Below, piece by piece: positions 18,808 to 30,085 of a stretch of DNA of 64,000 nt; position 1 is the first letter of the stretch; the number at the start of each line of letters is the position of its first letter. A model generated the notes under the pieces. That model was not told the DNA's origin, ran no database searches, and worked only from the letters and a program-made list of their open reading frames with translations. The stretch comes from a virus: positions 58,546-122,545 of the IMG/VR virus record IMGVR_UViG_3300024262_000017; one strand, 5' to 3'. Both the position numbers and the translations under genes were made by a program.

Positions 18808-18860
18808 TCTGTTCTCCTGGCAGAATAGTAGGACGCTCTGCGTACCGAATCAAGGAATTC

Positions 18861-20684
18861 CTAGTAAACCTGAATTTGAACACCCCAGTCAATAGCACTC
18901 AGGCGTTCATGCCCATTTTCGCAGGCGTAAAGAGTCCAGTCATCGTTGTCAGCAGCCAAAGCAGCATCTAATAAAACAACTTGAGCTGATTGAATGCCAA
19001 TAATCTCATGGTATTCATTACCTGTTGAGCCCTTCCGAACCCAACGTCCCACGTCCCCAAAATCAAACACGTCAGCCCCAACATCGAGGGTGTTTGTTGG
19101 TACCACTCCTCCCCAGTCTCCTACACCAGTGGCTAGTTCTCGTACTCGATGAGTTGGGTCAATACCCCCAAGAGAAATTGGGGTCTTTCCATTTTCAAAT
19201 CGAGTAACAATTGGGTCGGTGAGTTCATTCTTTACAGTGATACCCCCGACAGAATAGTAGTAGTAGTCACCAATTTTCCAAGACTTCTCCCCTACCTTGA
19301 GGCTCCCATCTATGGCTGACATCTGTTCCGTGTACAGTACCGAAGCCTTGATATCCACGTCAGTACTGTCATCCTGTGCAATGTATATTCGGTCAGAGAA
19401 AACAAGGCCAGGCTCCAGATATAAAAGGGTATACGCTGACTTCCCCACAAGAATGATTTGCCGAACATCTAAATCAAGCCTTGGAAATGGTAGGATATCA
19501 CTAAGCAGCACCTGGCTATCAAACACAACAGCAAAAGTGTGATGCCGCAAGAACCGTTCGAAGACGACATAGGAAAACAGATGTCGGAAAGATGGACGCC
19601 CTGACACTGGCACGAAGCCATCATCGTCTGCGCCTACAAAGAACCCGGGGTCGCCAATCTTCACAAGGCCCGGGGGGTTATTTACTTGGTTTTCATATAA
19701 GTCTGGGTCTACTACCCGCCGACTCTTTGATTCATCTGGGAGAATGGTGGGTGGGACGGTAGTGTCAAACCACCACGTTGGGTCTTGGATGTAATCGTAG
19801 ACAGAGAACACTTTAGACAGGTGTTCAAAAGAAATGAACTCTAATGTTCCCCAGTTACTTTCATCCAACACATCATCTCGCAAGGGTATCAATACATCAA
19901 ATTGATAGCGTCGTTCATTCGTCACTACTACCTGGTACCGCACGTCTGAGGTGTCTACGCTTTGAAGGATTTCTCCATCTTCTCGAATAACAGGTAAGCC
20001 AATGATGACATTCAAGGCACTCGTCAGGTGCTGCACTGTGGGGCCGAGCACGAAGTATTGAATGACACCTTGAATGAGTGCCCGGTAGGCTTCCGATGAA
20101 GGCTCAAAACGTTTAATCAGATACCCATAAGTAAGGTACATATCATACTGGTCAATTTGGGTATCAGGAATCCAGATAGCCAATTCTCGTTCTGTATGAA
20201 TTGTTCCATCATCATCCACCACCCGGACAACACGCGAAGCCATACCTGGGATTGGGTTCCCCGCACCATCCCAATCAAACGGGTCATCATTGAATACTAG
20301 ATAATCTTCTTCTCCACTGCTATCGACACTAAAGTCGATGTTCTTTTCCAAGATAGTAGTAGGGTCGAATATCTTGTTGTACAAAAAGGAAGCACCCTTG
20401 ATTGGGTAGGAAGTTACTTCAAACAAAAATTTACTATCACTCGGTCGGTAGGTAACGTGGTCTTCACGCACCGTGATGAGCTTGAAAAACTCCTTCTGAA
20501 ACACAGGTATTTCTCGTGCAGAAATGTTGAGGATGCTTGATACCAATTCCAAATAGGCCTGTCCAATGAGTATCTCAGTACCTTCATACATCGCACGAAT
20601 TTGTTCGTGGTCTTTGAAGAACCGAGTCCAAAGATCGCTAAGACCATGGATGAAATTGGTCTTGCTCTCAGAAATGTTGGCCAT
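18861..20684 (-). CDS. Putative baseplate wedge protein
   Basis: Directly downstream of the baseplate-J-like gene. Start MANISESK. Confidence 0.65.
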   Translation of the reverse strand: MANISESKTNFIHGLSDLWTRFFKDHEQIRAMYEGTEILIGQAYLELVSSILNISAREIPVFQKEFFKLITVREDHVTYRPSDSKFLFEVTSYPIKGASFLYNKIFDPTTILEKNIDFSVDSSGEEDYLVFNDDPFDWDGAGNPIPGMASRVVRVVDDDGTIHTERELAIWIPDTQIDQYDMYLTYGYLIKRFEPSSEAYRALIQGVIQYFVLGPTVQHLTSALNVIIGLPVIREDGEILQSVDTSDVRYQVVVTNERRYQFDVLIPLRDDVLDESNWGTLEFISFEHLSKVFSVYDYIQDPTWWFDTTVPPTILPDESKSRRVVDPDLYENQVNNPPGLVKIGDPGFFVGADDDGFVPVSGRPSFRHLFSYVVFERFLRHHTFAVVFDSQVLLSDILPFPRLDLDVRQIILVGKSAYTLLYLEPGLVFSDRIYIAQDDSTDVDIKASVLYTEQMSAIDGSLKVGEKSWKIGDYYYYSVGGITVKNELTDPIVTRFENGKTPISLGGIDPTHRVRELATGVGDWGGVVPTNTLDVGADVFDFGDVGRWVRKGSTGNEYHEIIGIQSAQVVLLDAALAADNDDWTLYACENGHERLSAIDWGVQIQVY

Positions 20685-20685
20685 A

Positions 20686-23034
20686 CTACCCCTCCAGGTT
20701 TGTGAATGTAATGAGGTCAGCAACGGTGAGGTAGCGCACGGTGTTGTCACTTACACCCTGGCTCAGGGGTTCATCTAAACGATACCGGTCTGCTAATGGG
20801 TTATTTGGATTAGGTATTGCATCCGTGTTGGGGTCGATGATGTAGCTTGCATCCATGGAAACTTCACCACTCGTTTTGAAGTAAATGATTCTACCATCTG
20901 GAGCCAGCAGCTGGTAATAAATTTCCGTGGGTTCGACGTAGCCAATTTCTGAGTATGTTTCTCTGATGAACGTAAGGATATCAGAGATGTCGATGTTTTC
21001 CTTGGTACTAAAGGTGTTTACGTGTTCGGTGAGCGCAGTCTTCGCAGCAGCCTCATCCAAAGCTGTCGTTGCAGATTGCTTTAGTCGATACCTTATTTCT
21101 AGGGTAAGGTATACAGGATTAAGGCCTCTGGGAATAACACTGCCACACAAAATGCGTCGGTCAGTTCCTACCATGAATGCCCAGATGGAATCATACCCAG
21201 AGAGGGCATCATAGGTGACCGTCAGCACACTGTCATTGAAGTACTTTTTATTCTCTGGGTCACCAATGGTGTTCTCCCACCCAACATCTAACTCAGTCAC
21301 TTGCCAACCTGACTGTGCTGCTTCTGGGTTGTGACTTACAAGACGGAATTCCAAGTAAGCAGCTGTAATTTGTTCCACTGGTTCTACGTTGATTCGATTT
21401 GGAAAACGTACACGACCATCAGTATCGACAATTCCTCCTGGGTAGGCGCCCCCAGGCATAGATACATCCGTGACTCGATAAATAGGACGAGCTGGCAACA
21501 AGATACGCCCATCATTCTGAATCGTTTTCGTGAACTGCCCACTATATCGTACGTCTCCTGTGAAAGACCCGTTGGGACCTGCGCTAATCTTGTTGTTGTA
21601 GTCAGGAGAATTATCACCAATGGTGTAAGCAACGGGTCGTGTAATCAGCTGCCACTCTAGCGCAGTCTCCGTAACAAAGTCATAGGAGAAGCCGTCAACG
21701 ACGACTTCGTTGTTACCTGTATCCACTGACAATATTTTTCCCGTACCCAAGTTTTCTCGTGGGTTAGCAGAAGACACGACTCGAATGTATTTTCCAATGT
21801 CTCCACCGTCTTCAACAGCAGCATCAACAAATGTGTAATCTGGTGTTGGTGTACCAGCACTCTTAACTTTGTTGAATGCACCGTCACGTCTGATGTCACC
21901 ATCCGTATAAGTTCCAGCCACGAGTGGCATGGCTCTCGGAAAAGGTGAACGGCGGGAAACAAACAACCCGTAAGGGGATACCTCTTTGATGATGAACATG
22001 TCTGGTTCATATGATTCGATGGCATTATCAAATTTCAGAATGTCACCAGGCTGAATGTTGTAAGTTTCAAAATTCGTTTCGGGGATGATACCCGATGCTG
22101 CATTCACGATAGAAGGATCTCGGAAAGCATAGTACCCTTCTCGGGGGTCAGTGAATGCTCCTCCGACAATCCCACTGAACGTTCGGGCTTCTAAGATGGG
22201 TGTTCTCAAGTAGGCATCTACATAACCACCTGCATGGATGCGTGTGTTAGTTGCTCCTTCAAGAACTAAGTCCCGAATCATTTCAGGTTCGCCATAACCA
22301 ATGACTATGACATCGTCTATTTCACTGAAATTGTCTTTCAAAGTTGCATCAATGGAGCGTGCGCTGTTGAGGTCCCGGACTGTAATGGCTGTTTCTGATC
22401 GGCTCAGCATTTCAGATGTAGTTTCTACGCCACCTCCCCCCGAAAAGGTTGCATCATTTTCTACCCGTGTAACGTAAGGACTGAAGCGGGTGTAGTCTAC
22501 AAACGAACCCTCATCAATGTTGTATGCAACCCCGGTACGGATAGCCACAACAGGCACTTCAATTGTGTACGCCACAATAGCCCCAGAAGAGTCAATGATG
22601 GGGAGCATATCTTCTTCAGCGTAAAACAGACTGTCTATTGCATCTACTACAAAAACTAAGCCAGTCGTTTTGTAGAACTTTGTGGTGATGGGAACGGTTA
22701 CATCTGTAGCCTGGCTAAAATAGATGACCACGTTTCCCCGGGCATACCGACCCTGCTTCCTGAAAATAAACCAGTTGGAAAGTATCTCATCAACTGCATC
22801 ATCGACGTCAGTTCCTGCTAGTTTACCCAGTAAAAGGAGAGACTGTCGTGCTCGGATGGTATCCTTTTCCGACCGAAGGTAAGCAAAGATATTTCCAAGA
22901 GCAACCACAGCAAAATCTCGTAGAGCTCCGCCCTTACTGAAGTCAACACCGGGCATACGATCTGTAAGAAACTGCTCCAAAATATTTTCAGCATCAATAC
23001 GATCTTGCTCAGTGATGGTAATGGTTTCAGCCAT
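20686..23034 (-). CDS. Baseplate J/gp6-like wedge protein
   Basis: A.G.V..YFS, GVAYNI, VEN...FSGGG.VET motifs. Follows the gp25-like gene. Confidence 0.78.
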   Translation of the reverse strand: MAETITITEQDRIDAENILEQFLTDRMPGVDFSKGGALRDFAVVALGNIFAYLRSEKDTIRARQSLLLLGKLAGTDVDDAVDEILSNWFIFRKQGRYARGNVVIYFSQATDVTVPITTKFYKTTGLVFVVDAIDSLFYAEEDMLPIIDSSGAIVAYTIEVPVVAIRTGVAYNIDEGSFVDYTRFSPYVTRVENDATFSGGGGVETTSEMLSRSETAITVRDLNSARSIDATLKDNFSEIDDVIVIGYGEPEMIRDLVLEGATNTRIHAGGYVDAYLRTPILEARTFSGIVGGAFTDPREGYYAFRDPSIVNAASGIIPETNFETYNIQPGDILKFDNAIESYEPDMFIIKEVSPYGLFVSRRSPFPRAMPLVAGTYTDGDIRRDGAFNKVKSAGTPTPDYTFVDAAVEDGGDIGKYIRVVSSANPRENLGTGKILSVDTGNNEVVVDGFSYDFVTETALEWQLITRPVAYTIGDNSPDYNNKISAGPNGSFTGDVRYSGQFTKTIQNDGRILLPARPIYRVTDVSMPGGAYPGGIVDTDGRVRFPNRINVEPVEQITAAYLEFRLVSHNPEAAQSGWQVTELDVGWENTIGDPENKKYFNDSVLTVTYDALSGYDSIWAFMVGTDRRILCGSVIPRGLNPVYLTLEIRYRLKQSATTALDEAAAKTALTEHVNTFSTKENIDISDILTFIRETYSEIGYVEPTEIYYQLLAPDGRIIYFKTSGEVSMDASYIIDPNTDAIPNPNNPLADRYRLDEPLSQGVSDNTVRYLTVADLITFTNLEG

Positions 23035-23037
23035 TGC

Positions 23038-23487
23038 CTACTCCATAATCTGGGGTAGCAAAACCTTCACAGATACCCCGGCGACATTCTTTAAGGTGAT
23101 GGTCAAGAATACACCATTCAATGAATCATCTGTGTAAACGTCATCTATCCTGGCTACGGACAAGCGTTCTTCATCATTCAAGGCATACTCAGCATCGTAT
23201 TCTTTGACCTTGGCTTCCGCTGCAATAACTGATCTCCTTGCAAGCGTAACTAAAGTACCACGGTCAACGTTACCCAGGAAAGCACTGGCCAAAGGTGTTC
23301 CATAATCAGGATCAGACAGGTCGGTTCCAAGACTTGTTAGCATACACTTGAGAAAACGATTTACCATTTTCTGTACACCACGCACACCAATACTTTTAGA
23401 GTATGCACCAAACGTCAAACCTTGAATACCCGTTAGCTCTTCTTGTGGTACACCTTCAAAATGTATGTCAAAGGTCTTAATGGTCAT
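23038..23487 (-). CDS. gp25-like baseplate protein
   Basis: K...LTSLGTD..DPDYGT.L pattern. Confidence 0.72.
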   Translation of the reverse strand: MTIKTFDIHFEGVPQEELTGIQGLTFGAYSKSIGVRGVQKMVNRFLKCMLTSLGTDLSDPDYGTPLASAFLGNVDRGTLVTLARRSVIAAEAKVKEYDAEYALNDEERLSVARIDDVYTDDSLNGVFLTITLKNVAGVSVKVLLPQIME

Positions 23488-24584
23488 AGAGGTTTCCCAT
23501 CATTCAGTTCTCCTGTGTCGGGATTATACAACACACCTACATTGTTTTCTTGTGGTGTGGGAACTGCTTTGATGTTGTTGTCTCTGATAAAAGCTGCTAA
23601 CGACCTTCCCGTTTCTTCCACTGCACCCATAGCAAACAAAGCTGCGTTGGTTCCGAATGCTCCTCGGTCTAAGAAACTGTAAGCCATACCACGTGCCAGC
23701 CCTGCCTGCGCGGCTGCAGCTCCTTGTATCCGAGACATCTCCAGAAATGATGTCCCCGGCGCTGCTGCCAAAGCCATCAGTTCTCCCACCTTCGTTGCTG
23801 CATCGGCACGAGGGTCGAAGGGAGCTTGGTAATAACCTCCGGTTGGTGGTGTTGCACTAAGCTTTGTAAGGCATTCATTTGCACGAGCAATGAGTTGTTT
23901 TAATTTCGAGTCAGTCACGACCCCCTTAGACTTCTTAGTAATCCAGGCATCAACTTTTTCATTAGGAAGAAGAGTCGAGTGATTGAATACGGTCTTGTCC
24001 GTGATAGGCATTCCACTAATGGCTGCAATGGTAGCCATCAATTGAGCTACTGCTTCCAAAGCTGCCGGCGTAAATTCTTGACCTACAGCGCCTTCAATCT
24101 CCACACCAACGCTTTCAGTATTCAAAGGAGACCTTGAAGTACCTGTGTGAAAGGCCAAGTCAGCCAGGTCTACCATTTGGATAAGCGCACCTGATTGACC
24201 AATAATAAAATGTGTTGAAGCTATTCTGTTTGCCTGAACAAATTCCCGGATAAGATTGTCTAAGCGAGCAGCCTTGGCAACTCTACCAGGACGATGAAGC
24301 ACAAAGTATTTTGTTTCTTCAACTACATAAGCACCTGGGCGGAAACGTGTAGAGTGTGCGGCAATAAACGTAGCCCCTTTTAGAATCTTACGAAGTTCAG
24401 GAGACACTCCACTCTTGGAATTCGTACGGTTGTTTACATAAGCGCTCGCGTTCTTCGTAATCTGTGTCATCTTGTCGCGAACAAGTCTTTCGTATTGCTT
24501 AACAATCTCCGTACGAGCAGCATCTTCCTCATCTGAAGGAGACTTTCCTGTTGCTACCAGATCGTCTGTAATCATTTTTGCCAT
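23484..24584 (-). CDS. N-acetylmuramoyl-L-alanine amidase (Amidase_2), tail-module associated
   Basis: FVLH, ASTHFIIG, AFHTG, SVGVEIEG and NHS...KVD motifs. Confidence 0.82.
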   Translation of the reverse strand: MAKMITDDLVATGKSPSDEEDAARTEIVKQYERLVRDKMTQITKNASAYVNNRTNSKSGVSPELRKILKGATFIAAHSTRFRPGAYVVEETKYFVLHRPGRVAKAARLDNLIREFVQANRIASTHFIIGQSGALIQMVDLADLAFHTGTSRSPLNTESVGVEIEGAVGQEFTPAALEAVAQLMATIAAISGMPITDKTVFNHSTLLPNEKVDAWITKKSKGVVTDSKLKQLIARANECLTKLSATPPTGGYYQAPFDPRADAATKVGELMALAAAPGTSFLEMSRIQGAAAAQAGLARGMAYSFLDRGAFGTNAALFAMGAVEETGRSLAAFIRDNNIKAVPTPQENNVGVLYNPDTGELNDGKPL

Positions 24585-24658
24585 CGAATTCCACTTCCTA
24601 AAGATTTTAGTTGCGCCCGTTTTTTCAAACTCGTCCTATTAGATGACGCAGTGCGTCA

Positions 24659-25369
24659 TTATGTAATGCCACCCCCTGTAACATCTTGAATTTTATCTAC
24701 TAATAAACGCTTTTGATAACTGAGTTGCCCTTGAGTCATTTTCAATTTTCGCATAAGTTGTGGGTTCTTCAAAGCCGGTGCACCCCCATACCCGGTGGTG
24801 TGTTCAAATATCTTTTTTTGCATTGGGGACAAATCATTGTAGACAAAGTCAATGGTGCCTGACTCACCATTATCAATATCAAAAATGGGAGCCGGCACAC
24901 CACTTTCAACGTGTTCTTTCCGCATCGACCTTTGGAAGTTTTGCAGAAAGGGCTTGGGCCAGCTAAGTTCCTGAGAAAGCTCATCTACGGTAGGCTCTCT
25001 ACCCAGCTTGTCTTCAAGGGCGGACTTTGCAATGTTGTGCGTGTGAAACTTGCGCGTTTTGTACTCAGGTAGCCGTGCGAGGTTTTGATGGGTATAATTG
25101 ATTCTCGACAACTTACGCAAGCGGTTCGTCACATGCGTTGCAAGCGCTGCTCCGCCTGTCGGGCTGTAAGAATGGATTGCTTCCATCGCTAGGCGTTTCC
25201 CTTCAAGCTCCAGGGCAGGGCGTGCAAGAGTGCCTTCTCCACCTGACCAGCGATTCACTTCCTTTTGAACTAAGGGATTCACTTGGTTTAGCAATGCAGC
25301 TGCGTTATTGTCTGTTGGCGCTTTTTTCCAAGTTTGCCAAAGAGCATAGTCTTGTTCCTTGTAACTCAT
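24659..25369 (-). CDS. Sigma-70-family RNA polymerase sigma factor
   Basis: Region-2-like MEAIHSYSP..GAALATHV, region 3 LGREPTVDELSQEL, C-terminal HTH. Confidence 0.78.
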   Translation of the reverse strand: MSYKEQDYALWQTWKKAPTDNNAAALLNQVNPLVQKEVNRWSGGEGTLARPALELEGKRLAMEAIHSYSPTGGAALATHVTNRLRKLSRINYTHQNLARLPEYKTRKFHTHNIAKSALEDKLGREPTVDELSQELSWPKPFLQNFQRSMRKEHVESGVPAPIFDIDNGESGTIDFVYNDLSPMQKKIFEHTTGYGGAPALKNPQLMRKLKMTQGQLSYQKRLLVDKIQDVTGGGIT

Positions 25370-28275
25370 ACATCCTCCCGGTCATGACGCCAACCAGCGC
25401 GCTTGAAAAGAACCTTTTGACGATAAGCTTTCAAACGTGATTCCCAGTCTGCCCTAGTGTCTGGTAAATCAGCAATCAAGGGAGTGAGCAAGTTGTTATT
25501 TTGGTCAAATGTTGGAGGGTCTCCCGGCCCTTGCACCAAGTTCAAAATCTTTTCGTAAAAGATAGCTCCTTTTCCTTGAACACTGTCTGTTGCAGTGACT
25601 GTACCAGACTTTGTTCCACGTCGACCACGAAAAGCAATGTACTCATCTAACGTACAAATCGGTCGAGCCACGAAACGCATTGCATTGGTATGGTTTCGAA
25701 ACATTGCAGCAAAAGCACTGGAAGGTTGAACGGCAACGTATTTCTGAAGCAAATCACTGGGAATCTTTGCTTTTGGGGTAGTAGCTTGCTCCTCCCCATA
25801 TCTTTTCTCGTAGTCATCCCACAGACTCAAAGTGTAGTTGTCTACCTTTGCTTGAACTTCAGCCTCCAAGATATCAACATCCTCATCACCGAGGATTGCA
25901 AAGTCTGAATATTTAACACCATACTCTTCAGACAGGGCCGTTGCGTACTCTGTGATTTGAGCCTCAATCACCGCTTTGGCATCTTCTTCTTCTTCAAGTC
26001 GTTTTTGGGACTGTTGCACCACGTTAGATTCTGCAAAGATATCACTGTAAGGGTAAGCTTCTCCACTGGGCATTACCAGGTCAACCGCATTTGCAAAGTC
26101 AAACGCGCATGTTTTTACCCCAGCGTAATCAGCCTTCTGGTGAAACAAAAGGCTAAAATAATCCTCGGCACTTTCTTGTTCTTGAAGAACGGCTCTCAAA
26201 GGCTCAATAGGATTTACAGGTGCTGCAGCTTGATTCTCTAATACCCCAAAAGCTGTGTTTCCAACACGAGCATCAAAAACTTCTTGGAATAGTTCATCAA
26301 GCAACATGGCATATGTAAAAGTGACTTGTGTTGACCAACTATCTTTAGTTAGTGAATGCGTCACGCCCACAATGTAAGCGACTAAATGCTCACCTGTAAT
26401 CATGTCGTCGAAAATGAAAGCGGGGAAGCCCGGAACAATGTAGGGATTGAACGTCATGATAGCTGCACCCTGACGGCAGCTTGCACGTTTTCGGAAAAAC
26501 TCGTAGCGTGCATAACCTTTTCGAAGAGCTGTCATTGCTGAATTTTGGTCACTCGCCCGCAATTTCAATTGTTCTTCTATTTTAGTAACAGAGTATTTCC
26601 CGTCTTCTTTTACTTGCGGAGGGATAATCCCACTATCAATGAGCTTCTGTAGTTTTTCCTGGATGTCATCTCCAGTACTCTTGGCTGCAGTTAAATCAGT
26701 AAGTGCTGTAGCTGCTTGTTGCTGTTCTTTGCTTTGCTTGGTCTGAATGTACTGTGCCAGCATTGTGAACCAATTAGGCAATCGAATACTATCTGGCTGT
26801 GGTCCTTTGTAAAATTCTTCTGGCCACACCAAGAAATTCTTACCTGAAACAGTCACATCTCCAGAAATTCCAGCAACACCAATACCATACCGTTTGTCGA
26901 GTTCTCGTTGCACTTGGTCAGGGTATCCTGCACGCATTGTGGCAATTGCATCCATGGCAGGATTGTTTCCGCCTGACATTTCCGAGTACCACATGTCATT
27001 TACATAAAGACGTGTAGGTTGGCTGGCGTAATCTTCCTGGAACTGAAGCTGTTGTAACATCGAAGGGAACACCACATTGCATGAAGGAGCAATACCAAAT
27101 AACCATTGAGGCTTTGTGATGTAGTTCAAAATGCAATTAGGTTTCAATGACTCTGCAGGCTCCTGTAGTGAAATTTTACTTAGCTGGGCCACGTACTTAT
27201 CCACAAGCTTAGTCATTTCAATGGTGTAGCTATCTTCATCTACTGACGTAGTTGCGTCCATTTCTGCTTGTGCCATGTCATAGGCTTCACGGTAGATGTA
27301 GGCTTCATCTTCTGCATCTCGTTGTGCTTTTTGCTCAGCTTCGCTTGCCAGTAGAAATTCTGGAGGACCAAGCACCACACCATTTGTAGTTGAATCCGGT
27401 GTGCGTTCTACCTGAGCAATGGGCGCCGTAGTAATTGCGAGCACTTCGTAGTACATACGCAAAAACATCTGCTGTATGGTTGGCCAAACTGCGTCATTGC
27501 CACCGGGTTGGGCTGCACCCCGAGCCAACGTCTCTACAATCTGTGAATCTCTCACAGCCCGTAAGATAGGAAACACACCTTCTACGTCATCTTGAGACAG
27601 GATGTCCGTTTCAATAAGAGGTGAAGGTAAAAACCGATTCACAAAACCTGTGCGTGCCATGTAGCGAGCATAGAAGTTTGTTGAGACCACAGAGCCTAGT
27701 AACTGTTGTTCGTCTTCGCCAACCACAGAGTTTAGAACGTTCATAATAAGGTCATATGGTCGTCGAATAAGCTCTTCTTTCTGAGGATTCATCCCATAAA
27801 AGAAACGATTCCAGGGAAAGCACATGGGGTCAGTAATGAAGGTTGCTTCGTTTCCCTGTGAAGGGCTAACGATGTGCATCGCCAAAGAAGTAGGACCACT
27901 GATGTAAGCCGGCCGTAGGTCATGCATAATTTTTAGAAAGTTGGATGTGCTGAAACTAATCTGTCTACCAGCTGGAGTGTTTGAGTAAGTTCGACCTGTG
28001 ATTTCCCCTTCATACAATAAACGGAAATCTGGCTTACTCCCTTTTTTGTTAATGTCTGGGTAGATGTCATCCAGATAAAAGGCTGCAACCTCTACACGGT
28101 CTTCGGCTCCCAAGCGTGCAATGATGGGGTCTGGTAACATTTGTATTGTTGCTGTTGGAGTAGAGTTGACACCCATGTTTATTTCAAGACCTTGAACAGG
28201 AACTTCAATCCCATTTATGTACACGAGATAAGACGCCTCATGCGCTCGGTTTTCTGTGAAACCAATTGACGTCAT
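25366..28275 (-). CDS. Putative baseplate hub/tail protein
   Basis: VYINGIEV, LYEGEI, FNPYIVPGFP, YIVGVTHSL (gp27/VgrG-like hub pattern). Tail context. Confidence 0.62.
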   Translation of the reverse strand: MTSIGFTENRAHEASYLVYINGIEVPVQGLEINMGVNSTPTATIQMLPDPIIARLGAEDRVEVAAFYLDDIYPDINKKGSKPDFRLLYEGEITGRTYSNTPAGRQISFSTSNFLKIMHDLRPAYISGPTSLAMHIVSPSQGNEATFITDPMCFPWNRFFYGMNPQKEELIRRPYDLIMNVLNSVVGEDEQQLLGSVVSTNFYARYMARTGFVNRFLPSPLIETDILSQDDVEGVFPILRAVRDSQIVETLARGAAQPGGNDAVWPTIQQMFLRMYYEVLAITTAPIAQVERTPDSTTNGVVLGPPEFLLASEAEQKAQRDAEDEAYIYREAYDMAQAEMDATTSVDEDSYTIEMTKLVDKYVAQLSKISLQEPAESLKPNCILNYITKPQWLFGIAPSCNVVFPSMLQQLQFQEDYASQPTRLYVNDMWYSEMSGGNNPAMDAIATMRAGYPDQVQRELDKRYGIGVAGISGDVTVSGKNFLVWPEEFYKGPQPDSIRLPNWFTMLAQYIQTKQSKEQQQAATALTDLTAAKSTGDDIQEKLQKLIDSGIIPPQVKEDGKYSVTKIEEQLKLRASDQNSAMTALRKGYARYEFFRKRASCRQGAAIMTFNPYIVPGFPAFIFDDMITGEHLVAYIVGVTHSLTKDSWSTQVTFTYAMLLDELFQEVFDARVGNTAFGVLENQAAAPVNPIEPLRAVLQEQESAEDYFSLLFHQKADYAGVKTCAFDFANAVDLVMPSGEAYPYSDIFAESNVVQQSQKRLEEEEDAKAVIEAQITEYATALSEEYGVKYSDFAILGDEDVDILEAEVQAKVDNYTLSLWDDYEKRYGEEQATTPKAKIPSDLLQKYVAVQPSSAFAAMFRNHTNAMRFVARPICTLDEYIAFRGRRGTKSGTVTATDSVQGKGAIFYEKILNLVQGPGDPPTFDQNNNLLTPLIADLPDTRADWESRLKAYRQKVLFKRAGWRHDREDV

Positions 28276-28276
28276 G

Positions 28277-30085
28277 TTAGTCGTCCTGTTTTACTGCAGC
28301 CAACACCACAGCCGCGGCAATTGCATTGACTGCATATACGACGGAAGAACTCTTGGTATATTGCTCTAGCAGTACGCGAGCTTCATGAGAAATAGCAGGC
28401 ACCTCCACCAGTGCGGCACCAACAAGTCCCCAGTATGGCATCAAAGCTTGTTGAATCTGTAAAATGGGTTGCCGTTCACACAACAAGATTCCATCTACAA
28501 GAGTGAAATCTACATACCGAGAAAGAACCACACGTAACCCAGTAATAGACGCAACATGAAGTAAAGTGCGAGCTTGTATGTTCGGGTCTATCGAAGTAGT
28601 ACAAGACCGCATCAGCACCCCACGTAATTTTTCTAAATTCTCATAGGGAAGTGCGCGAGTCAGTTTGGTATCAATGATATTTGGCGCTGGTACAATATCC
28701 TCAAAACAAGACAAGTTCGTAGTTCGGAAAGATTGCTGCACCATGTTAGAGGAAGCTTCGAGGTCCATGGCAAACGCTTGAACCGTGTACCAAGTATTTG
28801 GTTCCCAACGTCCTTTTCTTGGTAAGAGTTCATAGAAGATACCTTCAACTCCTAGTGCATCACCACTTTCTGTGCCAATACACTGAGGCTTGATGTCTCC
28901 GCTTTTTACACAGTAAAAGGACTGCGCTACTCCGTTGGTATCTACATAGGATGCCTGTATCCAAATAGATGACTTAAGAATGCCAGAGAAATCTTCTTCT
29001 ACATCTTGAAAGAGAACGCGCAAGGGAGTTCGCACTGCGAGGCCATACTCCGCATCAGGTGGTTCCATTTCAATCAGAGGGGGTGAAACACCAAGCCCAT
29101 AGAAAGTTGCTACGTTGTTTGGTGGAGATACCGTGTTTTCATTTAGGTCGTTAATACCTGTTGGGGGTGGTGTTAGTGAAGGCTCATACACAGTGATAGT
29201 GTAGAGTACTCCCGCGGTTTGAGCACTCGTTGTGAGTAAAAAAGTATCTCCAGTTTCCTGAGTCACGCTAAGTACAGACAATGCGCCACTACTGATGTCG
29301 TAGTTAGCTGGGTCAGCACCTTCAGACCCTATGACATCTTTCGAAAACTGAATACGTACATGTTCTGAATTCACAGGAATAGCAGCTGATAGAAGCTTTG
29401 GATTATCTCCAACACCAATGAACGACGCAACATTACCTGGTGATGCTATGACATTGTAGGAAACGTCTTGCACATTGCTGACTGTTACAGAGTACGTCGC
29501 TCCTGTCTTCATGGTGTTTTCAACCAGGAGCGTTACCTGCGTACTGCTGTTCCTGGTAATACTCAAAATTACTATCGAAGCATACCCTCCAATTACGTAA
29601 TTCGACGGGGTCAACAAAGCAGAATTGTTACGCATGTCTTCATTGAAATTCACAATTATCTGAGAAGCAGAAGACGCTGAAGCTGAACTGACTTCAGGCG
29701 CTGTACCTTGGCCTGTGAAATTAGCGCTTTTTCGCACAGGGTCTAACGCCACACCAAAGACACTTCGTACCCCAGACACCGTTACAGAGTAAGCGGCTCC
29801 GTTTGTCATTTCCCCGTTCAGCGTGATTTCAACAATAGTCGGAGACCCGCTAGTCAACACGACAGAAACAGCATTCCGTGCAACACCGAGACTGCTGGTA
29901 ATTATGTAGTTGGCTGGGTTGAGGGCGTCATCACTGTTTCCTGGATTCGTCGCACGCATTGCTTGGTCGAAGTACACACGTATCTTATCGTCTGCTATCG
30001 ACAACGCCAGCGTGACCACGGGGTCTGTTGCAGGGACCTCTGCGCCTTCCAGATGTAATAAGTTGACAACGCCCTTTAGGGTCAT
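28277..30085 (-). CDS. Ig-like repeat virion protein
   Basis: Three repeats of I.V.F...A..P.NY.I...Y.VTV..V.D. Confidence 0.75.
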   Translation of the reverse strand: MTLKGVVNLLHLEGAEVPATDPVVTLALSIADDKIRVYFDQAMRATNPGNSDDALNPANYIITSSLGVARNAVSVVLTSGSPTIVEITLNGEMTNGAAYSVTVSGVRSVFGVALDPVRKSANFTGQGTAPEVSSASASSASQIIVNFNEDMRNNSALLTPSNYVIGGYASIVILSITRNSSTQVTLLVENTMKTGATYSVTVSNVQDVSYNVIASPGNVASFIGVGDNPKLLSAAIPVNSEHVRIQFSKDVIGSEGADPANYDISSGALSVLSVTQETGDTFLLTTSAQTAGVLYTITVYEPSLTPPPTGINDLNENTVSPPNNVATFYGLGVSPPLIEMEPPDAEYGLAVRTPLRVLFQDVEEDFSGILKSSIWIQASYVDTNGVAQSFYCVKSGDIKPQCIGTESGDALGVEGIFYELLPRKGRWEPNTWYTVQAFAMDLEASSNMVQQSFRTTNLSCFEDIVPAPNIIDTKLTRALPYENLEKLRGVLMRSCTTSIDPNIQARTLLHVASITGLRVVLSRYVDFTLVDGILLCERQPILQIQQALMPYWGLVGAALVEVPAISHEARVLLEQYTKSSSVVYAVNAIAAAVVLAAVKQDD

